Virus record (IMG/VR): IMGVR_UViG_3300008255_000195
Coordinates: 1-44,470 of that record
Direction: 5' to 3' (one strand)
From: a virus
Lineage: Duplodnaviria > Caudoviricetes
DNA length: 44,470 bases
The notes beneath the pieces were generated by a model. The model was not told the origin of the DNA and ran no database searches. It worked only from the letters and a program-made list of their open reading frames with translations. The translations under genes were made by a program, and so were the position numbers. How positions within the stretch are numbered: position 1 is the stretch's first letter; each line of letters opens with the position of its first letter. Positions 1-8,064 of this stretch are shown here, one piece after another.

Positions 1-95
1 ATAATACAATAAGATATATAATAAGATTTATTACAAGATAATTATTATTAATTAACAAGTTAATTAATAATAATACAAGGAGATTTTTTTAACTC

Positions 96-124
96 TTGAC
101 AAACAAACTAAAACATGATATACT
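96..124 (+). promoter_or_regulatory. Sigma70-type promoter, probably giving a leaderless mRNA
   Basis: TTGACA(96-101)-17 nt-TATACT(119-124) with TG extension. The ATG at 131 lies at the expected +1. Confidence 0.8.
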
Positions 125-130
125 CTGATT

Positions 131-421
131 ATGATAAATAAAAAGGAAATAATACAACTTAAAACAAACTTTACTAAAATTCCTAATAAACTAATACAAG
201 ATAAAAGTATTTCTCCGAACGCTATAATAGTTTATATTTATTTAGCTTCACAAAACGAAAGTTGGGACACCTCACTAGAAGATATAGCTAATCATACAAG
301 TATAAGCTATCGAACTACTCAAAGAGCTGTTAAAGTTTTGAAAGCAAAAGGTTGGTTAAATACAGAACGTATACCTTATCAATCAAAACTACTTTATGAA
401 TTAAAAAGTAATCCTGTATGA
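131..421 (+). CDS. Helix-turn-helix protein (replication-initiator N-terminal-like)
   Basis: FTKIPN..I.D..IS..A..VY.YL...S.E.IA....IS.RT.QRAVK.L...GWL is a winged-HTH pattern. Ends in TGA overlapping the next ATG (ATGA). Confidence 0.7.
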   Translation: MINKKEIIQLKTNFTKIPNKLIQDKSISPNAIIVYIYLASQNESWDTSLEDIANHTSISYRTTQRAVKVLKAKGWLNTERIPYQSKLLYELKSNPV

Positions 422-1356
422 TACCTACATCTAAAACAAAAAATCAAAAAATTACTCTTAAAGCATTAGGATTATATTATTTCTTAAAAGAAAATCCAAA
501 CTCTTATAGGAAAGAAATTATGGCTAATGTAAAAGATAAAGAACAAGCTATAAAAATAGGGTTAGAAGAGTTATTAGATAATAATCTTATTACTTGTAAA
601 AATTATAAATACAAAATAATTAATATTAATTCCCCTTCTAAAAGGGAGGGTGGAGATGAAAAAGTTAATAGCGATGTGGAAAGCATTGAGAGTCCTTCCG
701 CGAAAATTGTGGAAAAACCTGTGGAAAAAGATAAAGAGTTAGCTCATCAAATTAAAGAAATTTATATATTATATACTAAAAGAAATCCTTTACTTAGTTG
801 GAATGGAAGTGGGTTTTTTGCTTCTAGGAATACTATTAAAAATCAGATAGAAGTTTATGGGTTTGATGAAACTAAAAGAGTCACTGAGTGGATTTTAGAT
901 AATCAAAACAAAGAGTTTATACCTAAAATAAATATCCCTTATGATTTAAATCAGAAGTGGAATAGTGTTCAAGACGCAATGAAAAGAAATGATGTTCCTT
1001 TGAGTCCTGTTATAGACTTAGAGTGTAAAGCTGGTAATGAAGAGTTAAATAATTATTTAATTCATCTAGAAAAAATAGTTTTATATGATGATTTAGAAGC
1101 AATGCCTGAATATCAAAATGCTAGTGGTGAGGGTCAATTAAACCAAGAAACTTTAAGAACATCTTTTAGGGATTATTTACACGTAGAAGAGTATACTAAA
1201 ATAAGAAAACAGTATTTAGAAAAAGAAGGTATAAAAGAAACTACTTTGGAAAGAGATAATAAAATAAAAGAAATATTAAGTCGTGTAAAACAAAATCTTA
1301 TAACAGAAGACCAAGCTACTTATGTTTTCAATCAATTGAAAAATAAGGGGTTGTGA
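418..1356 (+). CDS. Putative replication initiator protein
   Basis: N-terminal wHTH-like LKALGLYYFL segment, low-complexity linker with repeated TGTGGAAAA, and position directly upstream of dnaB. Ends in TGA. Confidence 0.55.
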   Translation: MIPTSKTKNQKITLKALGLYYFLKENPNSYRKEIMANVKDKEQAIKIGLEELLDNNLITCKNYKYKIININSPSKREGGDEKVNSDVESIESPSAKIVEKPVEKDKELAHQIKEIYILYTKRNPLLSWNGSGFFASRNTIKNQIEVYGFDETKRVTEWILDNQNKEFIPKINIPYDLNQKWNSVQDAMKRNDVPLSPVIDLECKAGNEELNNYLIHLEKIVLYDDLEAMPEYQNASGEGQLNQETLRTSFRDYLHVEEYTKIRKQYLEKEGIKETTLERDNKIKEILSRVKQNLITEDQATYVFNQLKNKGL

Positions 1357-1379
1357 GATTTTAAAAAATGTGGTATAAT
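1351..1379 (+). promoter_or_regulatory. Sigma70-type promoter for the dnaB-like gene
   Basis: TTGTGA-17 nt-TATAAT with TGTG extended -10. Confidence 0.6.
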
Positions 1380-1414
1380 ACAATTACAAAAAAATAATAC
1401 AAATAAATAAATAA

Positions 1415-2746
1415 ATGGTTCAAGATTTAGATGTAGAAAGTAAATTGCTTGTTTTACTTCTATCAGAAAATGTTGACTACGAATATTATATAGATGAACT
1501 TCAAGAAGGATTTTTTGAGAAAGAGGAAAGTAAGATAGTTTACGCTATCGTCAAACAATACAATCAATTAGGTAAGAAGATAACTTTTTCATCTCTCTTA
1601 ATGGAAATACCAGAGAGTAATAAGAGTTATTATAGGGATTTATTATCAAATAATACAGATTTATTAGTGAATATTAGTGAAGTTTTTAAGGTTTGTATAG
1701 ATAAAATTAAAACAAAATACAATAGAAAAGCTATTGTTAATATAGTAAAACAGAACCTAGAAAATCCTAAAATTGATATAGATACTGCTAAGGAAAATAT
1801 TGTTAATTCAATAGATGATTTAGCTTATACTGATATAACATCTACACAAGTTAAGGATGTTATATTTTCTTATTTAAGTGATTTAAATGATGTAAAGAGT
1901 GGAAAAACAAAGGAAGATAAAATATATACTGGATTTAATAATTTAGATAGTATTACAAATGGAAATAAAGCTGGTGAATTGATAGTTATAGGTGCTCAAA
2001 ATGCTCACGGTAAAACATCTTTATTACTTTCTATGATGTATAATTTAATAATGGAAGCAGATGAAGAAGATAATCCTAATCTTCTTTTTTTTAGCTTAGA
2101 AATGACAGAACACGAAATATTAAATAGACTTACTTCTATGATAAGTGGAGTTCCTGCTAGTAGATTTGATGATAAACAAGATTTTACAGAGAAAGAGAGA
2201 GAAAGAATTGGTCAAGCTGTATCTAAATTATCTAACTCTAACCTTACAATTATAGATGATAGTTCATTGAATATAATTCAGATGATAGCTAAAACAAAGA
2301 AGTTAGAAAGAAAGGTCGGGCACATAGACGCTGTGTATATAGATTATTTTGGGTTAATAAAAGGGTATGGTCAATCACAGACAGATTTAGAAAAAAATGT
2401 TGCTGATGGTTGTAAGCGTATGGCTAAAAAGATAAAAGCTCCTGTATATTTGTTAGCTCAATTTAATAAAGAGGGATTTGAGGGTAAACCTAATAAGAAA
2501 AGTTTTAAAGGTAGTGGTGCTTTAACTGATAATGCTGATTTAGCTTTGGGTTTATACAGACCTTCTTATGATGTAAAGACGGGTAACCGATTATCAGATG
2601 ATAAGTTAAGACATGCTGAATTATATGTAATAAAAAATAGGAGAGGTAAGATTGATACATTGTTTTTAAACTTTAATTTAGAGTTGATGAGATTTGAAAA
2701 TATACCACAGCAACCGCAAGTTATAGAAGAGTTTACTTTAAATTAA
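1415..2746 (+). CDS. dnaB: Replicative DnaB-like helicase
   Basis: TGF..LD.IT.G...GELIVIGA...GKT (Walker A), FFSLEM, YIDY, LLAQFN, SG....AD, KNRRG motifs. Confidence 0.93.
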   Translation: MVQDLDVESKLLVLLLSENVDYEYYIDELQEGFFEKEESKIVYAIVKQYNQLGKKITFSSLLMEIPESNKSYYRDLLSNNTDLLVNISEVFKVCIDKIKTKYNRKAIVNIVKQNLENPKIDIDTAKENIVNSIDDLAYTDITSTQVKDVIFSYLSDLNDVKSGKTKEDKIYTGFNNLDSITNGNKAGELIVIGAQNAHGKTSLLLSMMYNLIMEADEEDNPNLLFFSLEMTEHEILNRLTSMISGVPASRFDDKQDFTEKERERIGQAVSKLSNSNLTIIDDSSLNIIQMIAKTKKLERKVGHIDAVYIDYFGLIKGYGQSQTDLEKNVADGCKRMAKKIKAPVYLLAQFNKEGFEGKPNKKSFKGSGALTDNADLALGLYRPSYDVKTGNRLSDDKLRHAELYVIKNRRGKIDTLFLNFNLELMRFENIPQQPQVIEEFTLN

Positions 2747-2751
2747 AAAAT

Positions 2752-2780
2752 TTGCTTTTATTTAAAAAATGTGATATAAT
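2752..2780 (+). promoter_or_regulatory. Sigma70-type promoter
   Basis: TTGCTT-17 nt-TATAAT with TGTG extension. Confidence 0.65.
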
Positions 2781-2868
2781 AGAGTAAAAGAATAATACAA
2801 AATAGTAGATAAAAGGTTAGAATATTAATAATTAAATATAAAGAGGAATATAAATAAGTAATAATAAA

Positions 2869-3159
2869 ATGATTATAAATAAGAAATTTAAAAAAGATAT
2901 AGACATTATGTTTTTAGGCGATATACATTGAGGAGCTAAAAATTGTGATGTTAATCTTGTTAAAGAAAATATTAAACACTGTGTAGACAATGGAATATAT
3001 GTGATTACAGTTGGAGATTTATGGGAGTCAGCCACACGATATTCTGTTGGCTCAGGTGTTTATGAACAAAAAAATCCACAACAACAATTCGATGAAATAT
3101 ATACACTACTTCTTCCGCTAAAAGAAAAAGGGTTATTATTAAATATTATGACTGGTAAT
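2869..3159 (+). CDS. Calcineurin-like metallophosphoesterase, exon 1 (in-frame TGA at 2929-2931)
   Basis: MIINKK...FLGDIH[TGA]GAK...VGDLWES...IMTGN gives the DxH, GD and GN motifs. Missed by the ORF track. Confidence 0.88.
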
Positions 3160-3859
3160 TAACTGTGGTTACCTTTCTCCGTGAGGAGTCAAAATAAACT
3201 TCTTAAATTGCTGGAATCTCCTATTAAACATATAAGCTAAAACGGAATACCTTAAATGGTATAAACGCACAATGCTTGAAAATTATATGGTAAGGATAAT
3301 CAGCAGCCAAGCCCGAAAGGGAAGGTTCAGAGACTAAAGAGGAAGCACTTGTAAAAATTTCGTGATTATGCTAATATATTATTATAATTAAATAAATAAT
3401 ATATGACACAAAAAGAAAGAAATATATGGCAAAAAGAATATCGTAAGAAGAATCATAATAAGTGTACTTATAAATATGAAAAAACTAAAAAAGGATTCTT
3501 AGTTAGAAAATATAGAAATATGTTAAGTAGAATAACTGGTGTACAAAAACAAAAATACCATTTATATAAAAACTTAACAATTCTAGATAAAGAAATATTT
3601 TATAAGTGGAGTTTAGAAAATAAAGATTTTATTAAATTATATAAAAATTGGGAACAAAATAATTATAATAGAAAACTTTGTCCTTCAATAAATAGAATTG
3701 ATTCTAATAATGGTTATCAATTAGATAATATGGAATGGATAACACATAGCGAAAATTCTAGATTAGGTGCATTATCACAAAAACGCAAGATGAAGATATA
3801 GTCCGAACTATTAGGAAACTAATAGAGGTAGATGGTAAAAATCTACGATAACAAAATTA
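3160..3859 (+). ncRNA. Group I self-splicing intron (700 nt) with an ORF in the L8 region
   Basis: P1 GGTAAT/GTTACC with U3159-G3168 wobble. P element AAATTGCTGGAA 3205-3216, Q AATCAGCAG about 3298, R GTTCAGAGACTA 3325-3336, S AAGATATAGTCC 3793-3804. P9 CTATTAG-GAAA-CTAATAG. P10 TGTG/CACG. Removal restores GNHE in frame. Confidence 0.93.
3403..3801 (+). CDS. Intron-encoded HNH-like (betabetaalpha-Me) homing endonuclease
   Basis: CPSINRIDSNNGY..DN.EWITHSEN resembles the S.DRID..GY..N..W.T..N family. Its stop codon lies within the intron S element. Confidence 0.75.
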   Translation: MTQKERNIWQKEYRKKNHNKCTYKYEKTKKGFLVRKYRNMLSRITGVQKQKYHLYKNLTILDKEIFYKWSLENKDFIKLYKNWEQNNYNRKLCPSINRIDSNNGYQLDNMEWITHSENSRLGALSQKRKMKI

Positions 3860-4303
3860 CACGAACAACGTATAATAAAAGAGACAGGGATTGATATCAG
3901 TAAAACCTTAGCAGATAGGTTAGAAGTGGAGTATGGTGGTGATAGTTGTTGGTTTGATATTAAATGTGGAAAAGTAAAATACTTATTCTATGTTACACAT
4001 GGGTATGGTAGTTCCTCTACGATTACTGGTAAATTAAATAGAATATGGAAAGTTGCTGAAACATTTGAATGTGATTTACTTGCTATGGGACACGTTCACG
4101 AACTTGCTGATTTTCATAAAATCAAAGAAACCGTGCGATATGGTCAAGAAATTAAAAAGGAAACTATGCTTCTAATTACTGGACATTATTTACGTTATGA
4201 TGATATGTCTTATGCTAGAACAGCATCTATGACAATTGGAAAAATAGGAAGCCCTATTATTCATCTAAACGATAATAAAAAGAAAATAATAAGAATTAAA
4301 TAA
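3860..4303 (+). CDS. Metallophosphoesterase, exon 2 (spliced protein 244 aa)
   Basis: HEQRIIKETGIDIS...VTHG...MGHVH; same frame as ORF 3926..4303. Confidence 0.88.
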   Translation, partial: HEQRIIKETGIDISKTLADRLEVEYGGDSCWFDIKCGKVKYLFYVTHGYGSSSTITGKLNRIWKVAETFECDLLAMGHVHELADFHKIKETVRYGQEIKKETMLLITGHYLRYDDMSYARTASMTIGKIGSPIIHLNDNKKKIIRIK

Positions 4304-4310
4304 TAATACA

Positions 4311-4619
4311 ATGACCAAACAAGATTTTTTAGAAGCCTTTGCTAAAGAAATAGACTTTATGTATAATACTACATATTTAAAAAATAAAGATTATACAGGT
4401 GATGGCGATGCTTTTAAAAATTTTCTATGTATAGAACAATTAACTGATAAAAAAATAACAGCAGAGGAAGGTATTTTAGTAAGAATAACTGATAAAATAA
4501 ATAGAATAGCTAATCTAATCTATAAAAAAAACTCAGTTAAAGATGAAAAAATACAAGATACTCTACTAGATTTAGCAGTTTATTCTATAATATTAAAGAT
4601 ATATTTAAACAATAAATAA
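4311..4619 (+). CDS. DUF1599/nucleotide-modification-associated domain 1-like protein
   Basis: KNKDY..D.F.NF....GILVRITDKINRI.NL......DE.I.DTL.DLAVY pattern. Confidence 0.7.
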   Translation: MTKQDFLEAFAKEIDFMYNTTYLKNKDYTGDGDAFKNFLCIEQLTDKKITAEEGILVRITDKINRIANLIYKKNSVKDEKIQDTLLDLAVYSIILKIYLNNK

Positions 4620-4621
4620 AT

Positions 4622-5137
4622 ATGACATTAAAAGAAAAAATAAAAAAATTAGAAAAATATTGTAAATACAATAGAAAGGAAGGTTTTTATTTTTATATGA
4701 CTAAATATTTAAACACAGTTAAAACTGAACTTCCTCATATTCTAAATCAATATAAACAATATCAAAAATATATCAAAAATATAAAAGATAAAAAGAAATT
4801 AGAATCAATAGAAATAATTTTAAATAACATATATTTTTACGATGATATAAAAAAAATAGAAGATACTAAAATAAATGGAAGTATAGGTAAATTATTTTAT
4901 AGAGTTGGTGAAAATGAATATGAAGAATTAACAGTAAAACATTTAGAAAATAAATCTTTATCAGAAATGGATTGTGAATTAGATGGTAAAGATGGTATTT
5001 TTAAAAGCTATAAAGGAGGTGTATTTGAATATAAAGATACTTTATGGGATAAGATTAAAATTGTTGCTGTTTTTATGTGTGTGTGTTTTTTAATTTCCTT
5101 TTTATGTTTTTCAATAGTTAATTTAATAATTAAATAA
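4622..5137 (+). CDS. Hypothetical protein with C-terminal transmembrane anchor
   Basis: ORF within the operon; hydrophobic C-terminus. Confidence 0.6.
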   Translation: MTLKEKIKKLEKYCKYNRKEGFYFYMTKYLNTVKTELPHILNQYKQYQKYIKNIKDKKKLESIEIILNNIYFYDDIKKIEDTKINGSIGKLFYRVGENEYEELTVKHLENKSLSEMDCELDGKDGIFKSYKGGVFEYKDTLWDKIKIVAVFMCVCFLISFLCFSIVNLIIK

Positions 5138-5157
5138 TAAATAATAAATAAAACAAT

Positions 5158-5382
5158 ATGAAAAAATTTAATTCAAACGAACAAGTTAACAACGAAGATA
5201 ATAATAAAATAGTTACTGCTTTTAACACAGTAGCTAGTATTTGTGCTGTATATAAAGGTTCTTTACAAGACCACCAAATTATACAAACATCTTTAGAGTT
5301 AATTAAAACTAGATTAAACTTGACAAATAAAGAAATAACTGATAATATAAAAGCACAAATTAAGGAGGAAGAAACTAAGTAA
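5158..5382 (+). CDS. Hypothetical protein
   Basis: ORF within the operon with an AT-rich leader. Confidence 0.6.
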   Translation: MKKFNSNEQVNNEDNNKIVTAFNTVASICAVYKGSLQDHQIIQTSLELIKTRLNLTNKEITDNIKAQIKEEETK

Positions 5383-5400
5383 TTATTTAATCAAAAGTCT

Positions 5401-5961
5401 ATGGAAAAAAATTTAATACAAAAAATATATGAGATACAAGGAGAATTAAAAGCCCCTAAATCTCAAAGAAATAACTTTGGAAACTACAACTATAGAAGTT
5501 GTGAAGATATATTAGAAGCTGTAAAGTCATTATTAGTTAAAGCTGGTTTATTATTAACTATAACTGATGAAGTTATATTAGTAGAAAACAGATTTTATGT
5601 AAGAGCAACAGCTGTAATAACAGACGGAGAAAAAGAAATAAAAACTACTGCTTATGCTAGAGAAAGTTTAGAAAAGAAGGGTATGGATAGCAGTCAAATA
5701 ACAGGTGCTACATCTAGTTATGCTAGAAAATATGCTTTAAATGGATTATTCTTAATAGATGATACAAAAGACGCTGATACTATGGACAATACTGAGAGTA
5801 AACCTAAAACAAATACTAGTGTAAGTCCAGAAAGTATTACAAAAGAAATATATGAAAAACAATCTTCTACTAAACAGGAACAAATCAGGGCTTACTTTGC
5901 TAAGAAAAATGGATTAGCAATATTAACAAAAGATGCATTTTATCAATTAAGAGGTTGGTAA
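5401..5961 (+). CDS. ERF-family single-strand annealing protein
   Basis: LKAPKSQ.N.FG.Y.YRSCEDILEAVK and GMD.SQITGATSSYARKYALNGLFLIDD. Confidence 0.92.
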   Translation: MEKNLIQKIYEIQGELKAPKSQRNNFGNYNYRSCEDILEAVKSLLVKAGLLLTITDEVILVENRFYVRATAVITDGEKEIKTTAYARESLEKKGMDSSQITGATSSYARKYALNGLFLIDDTKDADTMDNTESKPKTNTSVSPESITKEIYEKQSSTKQEQIRAYFAKKNGLAILTKDAFYQLRGW

Positions 5962-5962
5962 T

Positions 5963-6550
5963 ATGAAAATATATACTTTTCCACAACAAACAGACGAATG
6001 GTTTGAAATAAAAAAAGGCAAAATGTCTGGGTCAGAAGCTCAAGCCATAGGTAATAATGGTAAGGGTTTAGAAACTTATATATATAAAGTAGTTGCTAGT
6101 TTATATGGGAAAGAAGAAAGTTATACTAATCCTGATATGGAAAGAGGTAATGAATTAGAAGATGAAGCTAGAATATTATACTCTTTAGAAACAAGTCAAG
6201 AGATACAACAAGTAGGGTTTATAGAATTAGATGAATATACTGGTTGTTCTCCTGATGGGTTAGTAGATAAAGATGGTGGTATAGAAATAAAGTGCCCGAA
6301 TAATGTAAATTATTTAAAGTTACTTATAAATAAAGAAGAAGCAATAGATACTGCTTATATGTGGCAGATACAAATGAACTTACTTATAACAAGTAGAAAA
6401 TGGTGGGATTTTGTAGCTTATAATCCTAATTTTGAATCATCTATAATTATAATAAGAATATTTCCTGATGAAGAAAAGTTTAAGAAATTAGAAGAAGGAT
6501 TTGAGAAAGGTAAAGCCCTTATTAAAGAAATGATAAATAAATTAAAATAA
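5963..6550 (+). CDS. YqaJ/lambda-exonuclease family recombination nuclease
   Basis: Q.TDEW...K.G..S.S, M.RG.ELE..AR, GCSPDGLV...GIEIKCP, Y.WQIQ, WWDFV.Y. Confidence 0.92.
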   Translation: MKIYTFPQQTDEWFEIKKGKMSGSEAQAIGNNGKGLETYIYKVVASLYGKEESYTNPDMERGNELEDEARILYSLETSQEIQQVGFIELDEYTGCSPDGLVDKDGGIEIKCPNNVNYLKLLINKEEAIDTAYMWQIQMNLLITSRKWWDFVAYNPNFESSIIIIRIFPDEEKFKKLEEGFEKGKALIKEMINKLK

Positions 6551-6551
6551 T

Positions 6552-7208
6552 ATGAAAATAACAAAACAACAAGTATTAGACAATCTTGAAGAGGTAAAAA
6601 AATACCTTCAAGAATCTGAAGAAGAAAAATGTATTACTATTAAAAATTGTGATGGTAGTATGTTTTTTCAAAGTAGTAAAAAAAATATTAAGGAGGCAGT
6701 AGAAGAAGCTAAACACTATGGAGCAGACCTTAGTGGGGTTAACCTTAGTGGGGCAGACCTTAGGGGAACTAACTTTCGTGGAGCTGACCTTACTGGAGTT
6801 GACCTTAGCGGAGTTAACCTTACTGGAGTTGACCTTAGTGGAGCTGACCTTACTGGAGCTGACCTTACTGGAGCTGACCTTACTGGAGCTGACCTTAGTG
6901 GAGCTGACCTTACTGGAGCTGACCTTACTGGAGCTGACCTTACTGGAGCTGACCTTACTATGGTGAATCTTAATAGAGCTAATCTTTGTAGAGCTAATCT
7001 TTGTAGAGCTAATCTTCGTAGAGCTAGTCTTTATAGAGCTAATCTTTATAATGCTAATCTTTATGGAGCCGATATTTATGGAGCTAATTTTAATGGAGCT
7101 GAATTAGGAAATTGTAAATTTTATGGTGAGGGTGGGCATATAGAAATTAGAGAATCAGATTTAGAAGGATTTTTAGGTGCTTTAGGTTTTGATTTAATTA
7201 AAGAATAA
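6552..7208 (+). CDS. Pentapeptide-repeat protein
   Basis: A(D/N)LxG repeats encoded by a 15-nt tandem repeat, about 6720-7100. Confidence 0.9.
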   Translation: MKITKQQVLDNLEEVKKYLQESEEEKCITIKNCDGSMFFQSSKKNIKEAVEEAKHYGADLSGVNLSGADLRGTNFRGADLTGVDLSGVNLTGVDLSGADLTGADLTGADLTGADLSGADLTGADLTGADLTGADLTMVNLNRANLCRANLCRANLRRASLYRANLYNANLYGADIYGANFNGAELGNCKFYGEGGHIEIRESDLEGFLGALGFDLIKE

Positions 7209-7213
7209 ATAAT

Positions 7214-7369
7214 ATGGATATAGAAATTAAAGAACAATTAGATGAAATAGCAACTAATACATATAATAATTCTAAATGATTGTTAGAGATTATGGATTTA
7301 TGTAATGAACAAACAGTCTGATTAGAAGAATTAGAAGAGAAATTAAATAGTTTAATACTTAATAAATAA
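7214..7369 (+). CDS. Hypothetical 51-aa helical protein (two in-frame TGA at 7277 and 7319)
   Basis: Fills the gap between flanking genes exactly only if TGA is read through. Confidence 0.65.
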
Positions 7370-7376
7370 TAAATAT

Positions 7377-7652
7377 ATGGAACAAGAAAAACAAAAGAGT
7401 TTTGGTTTATGGACTAAAACATCTGCTAGTGGTAAAACTTATTTAAGTGGTCAATTTACAATAGGAGAAGATACTTATTATATAAGTATGTTTAAAAATG
7501 TTTATAAGAAAGAAGCAAAGCACCCAGATTTTAACTTCTTAATAAATAAAAAAGTAGAGAGTTATACTCCTAAACCTACTCCTAAAGAAGAAAATATAAG
7601 TATAGACGATGTGCTTTTAGATGATATTAATTTAGAAACAAGTCCATTTTAA
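7377..7652 (+). CDS. Small ssDNA-binding-like protein (DUF736-like)
   Basis: GLW.K.S.SG..YLSG, F.N..K...HPDF, acidic tail ending in PF. Confidence 0.65.
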   Translation: MEQEKQKSFGLWTKTSASGKTYLSGQFTIGEDTYYISMFKNVYKKEAKHPDFNFLINKKVESYTPKPTPKEENISIDDVLLDDINLETSPF

Positions 7653-7703
7653 TATAATTATTAGAAACTAGACGTTAGTTTACATTCATTTTAATATAAT
7701 TAT

Positions 7704-7775
7704 ATGTTAGACAATCTGTGGTGGTGAATTATAGTTGCTTATATTCTATCCTTTTGGATAACTACACTAAGATAA
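7704..7775 (+). CDS. 23-aa Trp-rich peptide MLDNLWW[TGA]IIVAYILSFWITTLR, candidate leader peptide
   Basis: ATG at 7704, TGG-TGG-TGA at 7719-7727, TAA at 7773-7775, 4 nt before the terminator stem. Confidence 0.55.
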
Positions 7776-7779
7776 GTAG

Positions 7780-7807
7780 AAAAGAACCTATTGACAGGTT
7801 CTTTTTT
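7780..7807 (+). terminator. Intrinsic terminator hairpin overlapping the tRNA promoter -35
   Basis: AAAAGAACCT-ATTGAC-AGGTTCTTTT followed by further T. Confidence 0.7.
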
Positions 7808-7819
7808 ATATGGTATAAT
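7791..7819 (+). promoter_or_regulatory. Consensus sigma70 promoter upstream of the suppressor tRNA
   Basis: TTGACA-17 nt-TATAAT with TG extension. Confidence 0.85.
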
Positions 7820-7934
7820 GGTTATATATATTTAAAAAGGTAATAAAAAAGGTATTATATAAATATATAATTAAGTAAGAATATCTAATAGGTATAGGGA
7901 ATAATACAAAACCTATACCTACTGATAATCATAT

Positions 7935-8007
7935 AGGAGATTAGTGTAATGTTAGCACAAAGAGCTTCAACCTCTTCAGTGTGGGTTAGAATCCTACATC
8001 TCCTGCC
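7935..8007 (+). tRNA. Opal suppressor tRNA-Trp(UCA)
   Basis: Acceptor AGGAGAT/ATCTCCT, discriminator G8005, D stem GTGT/GCAC, anticodon stem AAGAG/CTCTT with loop CTTCAAC (TCA at 7967-7969), 4-nt variable loop, T stem GTGGG/CCTAC. 3' end is CCG, so no full CCA. Confidence 0.93.
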
Positions 8008-8064
8008 GTATAAATAATACAACTAATAACAAGATTAGAGTTCGTCTTTGTTATTAGTGATAAA

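Noticed and set aside
2832-3035. Minus-strand 67-aa ORF
   Set aside because: Antisense to phosphoesterase exon 1, which carries the real motifs
6718-7100. CRISPR-like or regulatory tandem array, and alternative ORF 6718..6966
   Set aside because: 15-nt period without unique spacers, explained by pentapeptide-repeat coding; the second ORF is a frame shadow
7645-7703. 17-bp direct repeat CATTTTAATATAATTAT as an att site or target duplication
   Set aside because: Only 25 bp apart, AT-rich, no integrase or transposase; more likely a local duplication
7935-8007. tRNA-Sec (also has a UCA anticodon)
   Set aside because: Normal 7-bp acceptor stem and 4-nt variable loop, no long variable arm; TGA sites are not at Cys-like catalytic positions
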